This document shows, piece after piece, positions 54,628 through 62,324 of a stretch of DNA of 64,000 bases. The notes beneath the pieces are model-generated. The model worked only from the letters and a program-made list of their open reading frames with translations, had not been told where the DNA came from and made no database searches. The stretch covers positions 62,882 to 126,881 of the forward strand of contig JBLXHA010000014.1 in NCBI GenBank assembly GCA_048260165.1, written 5' to 3'. Source of the stretch: Verrucomicrobiales bacterium. Lineage in GTDB: Bacteria; Verrucomicrobiota; Verrucomicrobiia; Verrucomicrobiales; DEV007. The translations under genes were made by a program, and so were the position numbers. Positions within the stretch are counted from its first letter, which is position 1; each line of letters begins with the position of its first letter.

Positions 54628-54664
54628 AAGTCCGGGTTACTTCAATGTCGACAGGAGACAAGTG

Positions 54665-55300
54665 ATGCGACACGTGGCCTCCGGAAAACACCTGAACCAA
54701 GTGCTCCTCTTCAGCATTCTGTATCTCACGGTCGCGGCTGTCTGGATCGTCGCGACGAGGAACTACGAGTTTTTACTCTACCTCCTCGTCATGACCACGA
54801 TCATCATCGCGGTGCTCGGGGTTTACCGCAGGGCCGGTCTCAGTCGCGCGGTTTTGTGGGGATTCAGCATCTGGGGCCTACTCCACATGATAGGGGGACT
54901 CGCGCCCATTCCCGACCACTGGCATTCCGCGGACACGAGCGGAGTGGTCTACAACTGGCGCGTTATCCCCGGCTACCTGAAATACGATCAGATAATCCAC
55001 GGGATCGGATGCGGACTGACGTCCTGGTTGTGTTGGCAGGCGCTTGCCGCGAGAACGAAAAGCAATGACGGAAGCCCGATCGCTCCCACTCTCGGCATGC
55101 TGTCGATCTGCGCGACTGCGGGAATGGGATTCGGCGCCTTGAACGAAGTGATCGAGTTTTTCGCCTCAATCGCGATCCCGAATACGAATGTCGGGGATTA
55201 CGAGAACACCGGTTGGGATCTCGTCTCCAATCTGGTGGGTTCCTCGATCGCCGCTTTGACGATCCGGTCACGATGGCTCGCCTGCAACCCCGGGCGGTGA
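54665..55300 (+). CDS. multi-pass membrane protein, unknown function
   Basis: About 210 aa with 6 hydrophobic segments. LNEVIEFFAS...GWDLVSNLVG is faintly reminiscent of the YjdF-like gene at 47114. A GTG lies at 54662 and the ATG at 54665. Confidence 0.55.
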   Translation: MRHVASGKHLNQVLLFSILYLTVAAVWIVATRNYEFLLYLLVMTTIIIAVLGVYRRAGLSRAVLWGFSIWGLLHMIGGLAPIPDHWHSADTSGVVYNWRVIPGYLKYDQIIHGIGCGLTSWLCWQALAARTKSNDGSPIAPTLGMLSICATAGMGFGALNEVIEFFASIAIPNTNVGDYENTGWDLVSNLVGSSIAALTIRSRWLACNPGR

Positions 55301-55577
55301 AGAATCCTCGCGGAAGCGGAGTTCTAACATTCGTCGAAAAACCGAATAGCGCAGAAACCTCGGCCCCGTTTGTTCGGAGAATGTCATCGTGAGAGGCGAC
55401 CGAACACAAAAGCACGGGGCAACCGACCTTTACAACGACGCGGCAGGAGCGGCGTACGCGATTTCCGTACGCGCAGCTTCCGAATCCACTGACTGTGATA
55501 TGCGAATCAGAGCGAATATACCTGAAATTTGAAACCGATAGGATTTTGGCAGTTCTCAACCGAAAACCATCTCTGCC

Positions 55578-56507
55578 ATGAACAAAGGAACCGAAACCTT
55601 ATCCGACGAGGTCCGCATCTATAACAAGCTGGTCAACGCCCCCTTCTTCGAGACCTACCGAAAGGCGTTCATGGACGCCACCGGGCTGGGGCTGGAGCTC
55701 GTCCCCTTCGACGGGGAAGCGCCCACCGCTGAAATGGAATACCGCAGTCCTTTCTGCGCGCTACTCAACGAGACCGCGGAAGGATGCCGCTCCTGCAGCC
55801 GAACCTGCGGGGACCTTTATCAATCAGCTGAGACATCCGCCCAAACGAGTTCCTGCTTCGCGAATCTGCGCGAAACGGCTATTCCAGTCCGGGCCGGCGG
55901 TGAAACGGTGGCCCTCCTCACGACGGGGCAGGTTTTCACGACGGCACCTTCCGGGCCGGGTTTTGAACCGGTCCACAAAGAGCTCGAGAAACTGGGGCAC
56001 TCCGAAGTCCAGATCCGACACCTGCAGGAAGCGTGGCTCCAGACGCGAAGCCTCCCCGTCCAGCAATATGAAGGAATCATCACCCTGCTCGCCGCTTTCG
56101 CGATTCAGTTTTCAGAGTATCTCAACCGGCTGCTCGTCGAGGAAACTCATGCAGAACCCAATATCGTGATCAAGGCCAAGCACTTCATCAACGCCCATCT
56201 CGAGGAAAAAGTCTCGCTCGAGGAAGTCTCGCGACACGTCGGGGTGAGCACCTTCTACTTTTGCAAGGTGTTCAAACAATCCACCGGCATGACGCTCACC
56301 GAGTATGTGAATCGAAGGCGGGTCGAACGGGCGAAACAGAAACTGCTCAACCCGCAGAACCGCGTCACCGAGGTCGCGTTCGATGTCGGTTACCAGTCGC
56401 TCTCCCAGTTCAACCGGAGCTTCCTTCGCTACGTCGGCGTCTCTCCAAGCCGCTACCGCGAGTGTCAAATGACAGAGAGCAGCATTCAACGCCTCGACGC
56501 AGCATGA
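55578..56507 (+). CDS. AraC-family regulator with PocR-like sensory domain
   Basis: Cys-rich N-domain (FCALLNETAEGCRSCSRTCGD) and C-terminal AraC HTH (VSLEEVSRHVGVSTFYFCKVFKQSTGMTLTEYVNRRRVERAKQLL..GYQSLSQFNRSF). Confidence 0.8.
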   Translation: MNKGTETLSDEVRIYNKLVNAPFFETYRKAFMDATGLGLELVPFDGEAPTAEMEYRSPFCALLNETAEGCRSCSRTCGDLYQSAETSAQTSSCFANLRETAIPVRAGGETVALLTTGQVFTTAPSGPGFEPVHKELEKLGHSEVQIRHLQEAWLQTRSLPVQQYEGIITLLAAFAIQFSEYLNRLLVEETHAEPNIVIKAKHFINAHLEEKVSLEEVSRHVGVSTFYFCKVFKQSTGMTLTEYVNRRRVERAKQKLLNPQNRVTEVAFDVGYQSLSQFNRSFLRYVGVSPSRYRECQMTESSIQRLDAA

Positions 56508-56869
56508 GAATTTCAGCCCTGAAACTGATCCGGCTCGAAGTCATGCAGGAGGATATTGACGAGATGATTTACCGCTATAATTCGGGAATGGCGGATCGCA
56601 CCACCGCGAACGCGATTGCACTCGCCCTCCGGAAGAAGATGCGCAGGGGAATGCTCCCGCGAATCGTTTCAGCTCCGAGGCATCACGCCTGCCGCGTACT
56701 CATCGGGAAGGAGTGGTTCCCCCTCCCTCAAAAGATCTACGGGTGGTTAAACGAAAGCAACCGGGGAAAGCCGGTGGCTCCCGACACTTTCGGCATCGTT
56801 CTCCCTGAAGATGTCCTCCTTCCCCAAACGCTGGCGACCGGGGAGCCGGAGACGGCCATCGCCGCCTAG
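56504..56869 (+). CDS. hypothetical protein translationally coupled to the AraC-type gene
   Basis: ATG 56504 overlaps the upstream TGA (ATGA). 121 aa: MRISALKLIRLEVMQEDIDEMIYRYNSG.... No motif recognised. Confidence 0.4.
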   Translation: MRISALKLIRLEVMQEDIDEMIYRYNSGMADRTTANAIALALRKKMRRGMLPRIVSAPRHHACRVLIGKEWFPLPQKIYGWLNESNRGKPVAPDTFGIVLPEDVLLPQTLATGEPETAIAA

Positions 56870-56939
56870 CAGACACACCACCGCTGCGACTTTCCCGCGG
56901 AGGCAAATTCCCTCACACCACCAGAAAAACAACAACTGT

Positions 56940-57812
56940 ATGAATCGGATTCTAGTGGGAATCGATTTCTCCCCTCCGTCGAGAACGGCGCTTGAACAAG
57001 CGGTCGAATTCACGGAGGGAGGACATGGGAAAATCCTCGCGCTTCATGTCGTCGAGCAGACCCTGATCAATTCGCTGGCCGACTTCTCTCATCTCAACGC
57101 GGAGGAAATCATCGACGCGCTCGAGCTGCGTCTCTCCCGTTTCGCCGCCGAAGTGCCGGCGCGCGACACCGTGATCGAGACCAAACTCGCCGTCGGCCAT
57201 TCCGTGAAACAGTTTGCCACGGTCGCTGATTCCTTTGATCCTGACCTCGTCATTCTCGGAGCCTGGGGAAATCACGGGGAGCACGCTGACCGGGCGGGCT
57301 TCACCGCGAAACAGATCGTCCAGGAATGCCGGTGCGACACCCTCCTCGCCCGGGAGACGAACTCCCCGTCAGGCGGGGTTCTTGCCTGCATCGATTTCTC
57401 CCCCTACGACCGCTCCGTCGTCTGCACGGCCAATTCACTCGCCCGGTTGGAAGACGCACCGCTCGAGATCCTTCACGTGTTCTACCCCCCGTGGAAAATG
57501 GAAGGGGCGGGGACGACTCAAAAAATATCCGATGCTGACTTCGCTCAGGAATACAAAGCTCTACTGCAGGGCCGCATCGAGAATCTTCTCACAGTGGTGG
57601 AGATTGGTCCGACTCGCGCGAAGTCGACCGTGCTCGATTGTCAGAAACACTCGGACGGCATTCTTTCCTACGTCAAAGAACAACGACCCGGGATCGTTGT
57701 TCTCGGAGCGAGAGGCAGCAGCTGCATTGACTCGATGATTCTCGGGCGGATCGCGGAACGGATTGTCACGGGAGCGGACACTTCGGTATACATCGTGAAA
57801 AGGCCGCTCTGA
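56940..57812 (+). CDS. tandem universal stress protein
   Basis: MNRILVGIDFSPPSRTALEQAVEF ... and a second half VLACIDFSPYDRSVV ... IVVLGARGSSCIDSMILGRIAERIV. Confidence 0.8.
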   Translation: MNRILVGIDFSPPSRTALEQAVEFTEGGHGKILALHVVEQTLINSLADFSHLNAEEIIDALELRLSRFAAEVPARDTVIETKLAVGHSVKQFATVADSFDPDLVILGAWGNHGEHADRAGFTAKQIVQECRCDTLLARETNSPSGGVLACIDFSPYDRSVVCTANSLARLEDAPLEILHVFYPPWKMEGAGTTQKISDADFAQEYKALLQGRIENLLTVVEIGPTRAKSTVLDCQKHSDGILSYVKEQRPGIVVLGARGSSCIDSMILGRIAERIVTGADTSVYIVKRPL

Positions 57813-57871
57813 TTCCGTTTTAAATCCGCGTCTTCCCGCAGGCTCGAAATACCGCCCCACCCTCGACGACG

Positions 57872-58621
57872 TTATCCAGCGAAGCCTTCGCGGAGCAACT
57901 GCCTGTCCCGCAGGGTCTTCTGATGCGCCCATTCGAGGAGGGAGTCCCCCATGATCCTCGCCACGGTATCAAAGGGAATATCGTCGGTGTTGAGCACCAG
58001 GTGATAGAAAGTCGGGACCTTCCAATCCGCTTTCGCGTAACGGCGGACGAACTTTTCCCTGCCGCCGTCGATCTCTTTCACGAGTTTGGCGGCCTGCTCG
58101 CGCGGGATCCCGCGACGCGATGCAAAATGCGAGACCCGTTTCTTCAACGAACCGACGAGCCGTATGTGAAACGTGTTATCCATGTCAGAAGTCACGAAGT
58201 TCCCGGCACGCCCGACGACGATAGCGTTGCCCATCCGGCACAGATTCCGAATCGTGTCGGCCGAGTAGTTGAAAAGCGACCATTCCGACGGGTGCAGGTT
58301 GAGGACTTGCTCGAGAGCTTCGACGACAGGAAATTTCGTCTTCTCGCTCAGAAAAGGAGCGACTCCTTTCGGCAAATTGTGATCTTCGATAATTTTCCCT
58401 ACCATCTCCTGATCGAAAAGCGCCCAACCCAGTTCGGTCGAGTCGTCCACATCGCTGAGATAGTCGACAAGAGCCCCGCCAATCACGTCCATCCCCACTC
58501 CGCATTCGCGCGAGATCGTCAATGAAGGGCGGAAAGGCAGCTCTTTGGAGTAGGCCTCCTGCGAAAGCCTCGCCCCGAGGAAATGTTCCATGCGATCAAA
58601 TAAGTAGTCTCTGGTTGGCAT
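57872..58621 (-). CDS. cytidylate-kinase-like family protein (degenerate P-loop)
   Basis: LTISRECGVGMDVIG... aligns by eye with the ITISRxxGSGG start of Cytidylate_kin2-type proteins. Confidence 0.55.
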   Translation of the reverse strand: MPTRDYLFDRMEHFLGARLSQEAYSKELPFRPSLTISRECGVGMDVIGGALVDYLSDVDDSTELGWALFDQEMVGKIIEDHNLPKGVAPFLSEKTKFPVVEALEQVLNLHPSEWSLFNYSADTIRNLCRMGNAIVVGRAGNFVTSDMDNTFHIRLVGSLKKRVSHFASRRGIPREQAAKLVKEIDGGREKFVRRYAKADWKVPTFYHLVLNTDDIPFDTVARIMGDSLLEWAHQKTLRDRQLLREGFAG

Positions 58622-58834
58622 GACAACTACTCTAACAGCACATTCAAAGAGACTCCCCGCCGCTCTTGTGATTCGCTGCGCAAATCTTGAGCGTCACCTT
58701 CATCGTCCCCGCGGAAACCGGGGAACAGTAACACGATCAAGGCACGCCGCCGGGTGGACATTCGTGCTGCCACTTTCTATCCTCGGGACTCCTCCGAATG
58801 GAAGAAGAGGAAAGAACGGTATTCAGACTGACCC

Positions 58835-60421
58835 ATGAGAACACAACGATTTTTCGCGCCGGGAACAGGACAGTGGCCCGGCGCTTTGCTTCTGGTCGTT
58901 GCGCTGTTGGGGGCACTTGGTTCGCGAGCTGACGAAACAAGACGCAACGTCCTTTTCATCGCCGTCGATGACCTGCGCCCGACGCTCGGGTGCTACGGTG
59001 ATGACGTCGCGATCACGCCGCATCTCGACGCGCTCGCGGCGAGGGGGACGACTTTTCTCCGCGCCTACTGTCAGCAGTCGGTCTGCAATGCCTCGCGGGC
59101 GTCGATCATGACAGGTCGACGCCCCGACTCGACGAAGGTTTACGACCTCACGACGCATTTCCGGAAAGCGCTCCCGGACGTCAAAACGCTGCCGCAGCAA
59201 TTTCGCGAAGCGGGCTACCGCTCGCATGCGGTGGGAAAAGTCTATCACGGCGCAAAAGGTCATGCCTTTGGAAACGGAATCGACGATGACCTGTCATGGA
59301 GCGAGGAAGTCTGGTTTCCTCAGCCCCATTACTACCACTCGCAGGAAGGGATCGAGATTGCCGAAAAGTGGTTCGCCGGTCATCGGAAAGGGCTCGCGCG
59401 GACTTACCCGAAACTGGCAGACCCGGACAGCTCCTGGAAGGACGCCATCATCCGAGGGCTCCCCTGGGAGTCCTCTCCGACTGAAGACGACGAACACGCC
59501 GACGGACAGATCACGAGCAAGGGAATAGAACACCTCCGGGCCCATGCGAAAAGCGGGGAACCGTTTTTCCTCGCGCTGGGATTTCTGAAACCGCACGTCC
59601 CCTTCGTCGCTCCGGAGCGCTACTTCGACCTCTACCCCGAGGGCAGCATTCCCGATGTCCCGAACCCCTTTTATCCGCACGGATCGCCGGAATACGCGCA
59701 CCTCGATTCGGCCGAAATGCGCGTTTATCACGGCATCCCCCGAAAGCGCGGCGAACCGGTCGCCGATGAAAAGCTCACGCGCGAAATGAGGCGCGCCTAC
59801 TATGCCTGCGCGAGCTTTATCGATGCCCAGGTCGGCCGCCTCCTCGCGTCGCTCGATGAACTTGGGCTGCGCGAGAATACCGTGATCTGTTTCTGGGGCG
59901 ACCACGGGTATCACCTCGGGGAAAACAATTTGTGGTGCAAACGCAACAACTACGAACTGTCCTGCCGCGTCCCGTTGATCATCGAGGTTCCCGGACAAAA
60001 ATCCCCCGGGGCAAAAACCGGGGCGCTCGTTGAGCTCGTCGACGTCCTCCCGACCCTGACAGAAGCCTGCGGGCTCCCGCTCGATCAAGGTGTGGAGGGA
60101 GACAGCCTCCTCCCCCTCATGAATGATCCGGAACGGGAATGGAAAACGGCGGCGTTCTCCCAGTATCCGCGCGTCCTCAAAGCGCACGGCAAAATCATGG
60201 GCACCTCGATGCGAACGGAACGATGGCGTTTCACGGAATGGCTCAGCGAGGATGGAAAATTCCGACAGTTGGAACTCTACGATTTGGAAAACGATCCCGA
60301 AGGAAACGAAAACCTCGCCCGCGCGCCGGAGGTTCAGGGCATGATCCCCGCCCTGACCGAACAACTTCGAGCGGGCTGGAAAGCAGCGCGACCTCAGCAC
60401 CTGACAACAGAAACGAAATGA
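58835..60421 (+). CDS. sulfatase (iduronate-2-sulfatase-like)
   Basis: Signal peptide, NVLFIAVDDLRPTLGCYG, FGly motif CNASR(ASIMTG) and GDHGYHLGE. Confidence 0.9.
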   Translation: MRTQRFFAPGTGQWPGALLLVVALLGALGSRADETRRNVLFIAVDDLRPTLGCYGDDVAITPHLDALAARGTTFLRAYCQQSVCNASRASIMTGRRPDSTKVYDLTTHFRKALPDVKTLPQQFREAGYRSHAVGKVYHGAKGHAFGNGIDDDLSWSEEVWFPQPHYYHSQEGIEIAEKWFAGHRKGLARTYPKLADPDSSWKDAIIRGLPWESSPTEDDEHADGQITSKGIEHLRAHAKSGEPFFLALGFLKPHVPFVAPERYFDLYPEGSIPDVPNPFYPHGSPEYAHLDSAEMRVYHGIPRKRGEPVADEKLTREMRRAYYACASFIDAQVGRLLASLDELGLRENTVICFWGDHGYHLGENNLWCKRNNYELSCRVPLIIEVPGQKSPGAKTGALVELVDVLPTLTEACGLPLDQGVEGDSLLPLMNDPEREWKTAAFSQYPRVLKAHGKIMGTSMRTERWRFTEWLSEDGKFRQLELYDLENDPEGNENLARAPEVQGMIPALTEQLRAGWKAARPQHLTTETK

Positions 60422-60489
60422 TGAACCATTACCGATTCAGTCCACCACCTGAGCTAACGACCCGTGCCTTGAATACCAACACATTTCCA

Positions 60490-62322
60490 ATGAACCATTA
60501 CCGATTCAACAGGGTTAGGTCACTTATTCAACGGGGTTGGATCGTCGCGATTCTTCTTTTTTCCGTCGGCCTTCACGCCGAAGAGGGCGAACGGCCCAGT
60601 TTTCTCTTTCTCGTCGCTGAAGACATGAGCCCGAACCTCGGTTGCTACGGCGATCCCGATGCGAAGACGCCTCATCTCGACGCGTTTTCCGCCCGGAGCA
60701 TTCGCTACACGCGGGCCTTTTCGACCACCGGCGTTTGCGCGACGTCGCGCTCCTCTTTGATCACGGGAATGCATCCTTCCTCGATTGGAACGCAGCACAT
60801 GCGGAGCAAAGTGGCATTGCCGGATTCAATCCGCCCGTTCCCGGTCGCGCTCCGTGAGGCCGGCTATTTCTGCGTCAATCGCGGCAAGGAGGATTTCAAT
60901 TTTGTGACGCCCCCCGATGTATGGGATGAGAAACAATGGAAGAAAGCCGACTGGACGCGCCGGGGTGACGGACAGCCGTTCTTTGCGATCTACAATTTCC
61001 CCGACACGCACGAAAGCCGTCTCTGGGAAGGGAGCAAAACCAACCTCGTCGACCAGACAAAACTCACCGCCGAACAGCGGCACGATCCTGACAAAGTCAC
61101 GCCGCCGCGCTGGCTACCCGACGACGATGCCGTAAAGAAAGAGTGGGCGCGCTATCACGATTTGATCTCGCTGATGGATGATCAGTATATCGGCCCGATC
61201 TTGAAACATCTCGAAAACACCGGAGTCGCCGACGACACGATCGTCTTCTTTTTCTCCGACCACGGTGCTCCCTTTCCGCGCGCGAAACAGTGGATCACCG
61301 AAGCCGGCACGCGCGTTCCTCTGCTGATTCATTTCCCGGAAAAATGGAAACACCTCGCCCCCGCGAATCCCGGCGACGTTTCCGACCAACTCGTGAGCCT
61401 GATGGATCTCGGTCCGGGCGTTTTGAACATGGCAGGGCTCGAGATTCCTCAAGCGATCGACGGGCAGGCGTTTCTCGGCGGAAACACGCCACCTCCGCGC
61501 GAGACGCTCGTTTTCACCCGCGACCGGATGGATGAACGCGTCGATTTTATCCGCACGATCCGCGACGGGCGCTACCGCTACACGCGGAACTTCATGCCGC
61601 AGGTCCCGTCGTTTCCGTGGCTCACCTACATGGAGAAGCTCGAAAGCTCGAAAGCGTTTCGCCGGCTTCAGGGAACACATAACGAAGGACGCTTCCAGGA
61701 TTTTCTCGCGCCGACGAAACCGGAAGAGGAGCTCTACGACCTCGACGCCGATCCTGACGAATTAACCAACCTCGCGGATGATCCGGCCCACGAGGAAACG
61801 CTGATCAGGTTGCGGAGCGCGCTCGCTGACTGGATGCTCGAGACACGCGACAGCGGGTTCCTGCCCGAACAACAACTCGTCGCCGCCGAAGAGATTTCCG
61901 GAAGCGTCCACGCGTATTGCGCCGACGAAGCGCGCTACCCTTTACAGAAACTCGTGAACGATCAGCTGTCGCTCACAGACAAGGACGCGGTAATCCGCTA
62001 CCACGCAGCGCTCCGATCCCGCGCCTCCGCGAACCTGTGGACGCAGCTCGCGAAAGAAACCGATCCCGATGTGAAAACGGCGCTCGCGTGGTCGCTCCTC
62101 ACCGTGGGAACGGATGAAGAGGTCGCGATAGCCGCTCTCGGCGAAGTCATCGAATCCGATCATGCTTTCAGCCGCGTTCTCGCTCTCAACGCGCTCGACT
62201 ACGTCGGCGAACCCGCGCGCCCGCTCCTCCCCCGGATACAGGAAATAGCGGCTCAGAAAGAGACGCGGGAAACGATCAACGAATCCTGGCTCGCCAAAAG
62301 AATACTTACTCAATTTCCATGA
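60490..62322 (+). CDS. sulfatase with C-terminal HEAT-like repeats
   Basis: MNHYRFNRVRSLIQRGWIVAILLFSVGLHA (signal), FLFLVAEDMSPNLGCYG, Cys motif CATSR and SDHGAPFPRAK. The C-terminal ~130 aa look HEAT-like (DPDVKTALAWSLL; ALNALDYVG). In-frame upstream ATGs at 60418/60421 are less likely. Confidence 0.85.
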   Translation: MNHYRFNRVRSLIQRGWIVAILLFSVGLHAEEGERPSFLFLVAEDMSPNLGCYGDPDAKTPHLDAFSARSIRYTRAFSTTGVCATSRSSLITGMHPSSIGTQHMRSKVALPDSIRPFPVALREAGYFCVNRGKEDFNFVTPPDVWDEKQWKKADWTRRGDGQPFFAIYNFPDTHESRLWEGSKTNLVDQTKLTAEQRHDPDKVTPPRWLPDDDAVKKEWARYHDLISLMDDQYIGPILKHLENTGVADDTIVFFFSDHGAPFPRAKQWITEAGTRVPLLIHFPEKWKHLAPANPGDVSDQLVSLMDLGPGVLNMAGLEIPQAIDGQAFLGGNTPPPRETLVFTRDRMDERVDFIRTIRDGRYRYTRNFMPQVPSFPWLTYMEKLESSKAFRRLQGTHNEGRFQDFLAPTKPEEELYDLDADPDELTNLADDPAHEETLIRLRSALADWMLETRDSGFLPEQQLVAAEEISGSVHAYCADEARYPLQKLVNDQLSLTDKDAVIRYHAALRSRASANLWTQLAKETDPDVKTALAWSLLTVGTDEEVAIAALGEVIESDHAFSRVLALNALDYVGEPARPLLPRIQEIAAQKETRETINESWLAKRILTQFP

Positions 62323-62324
62323 AA

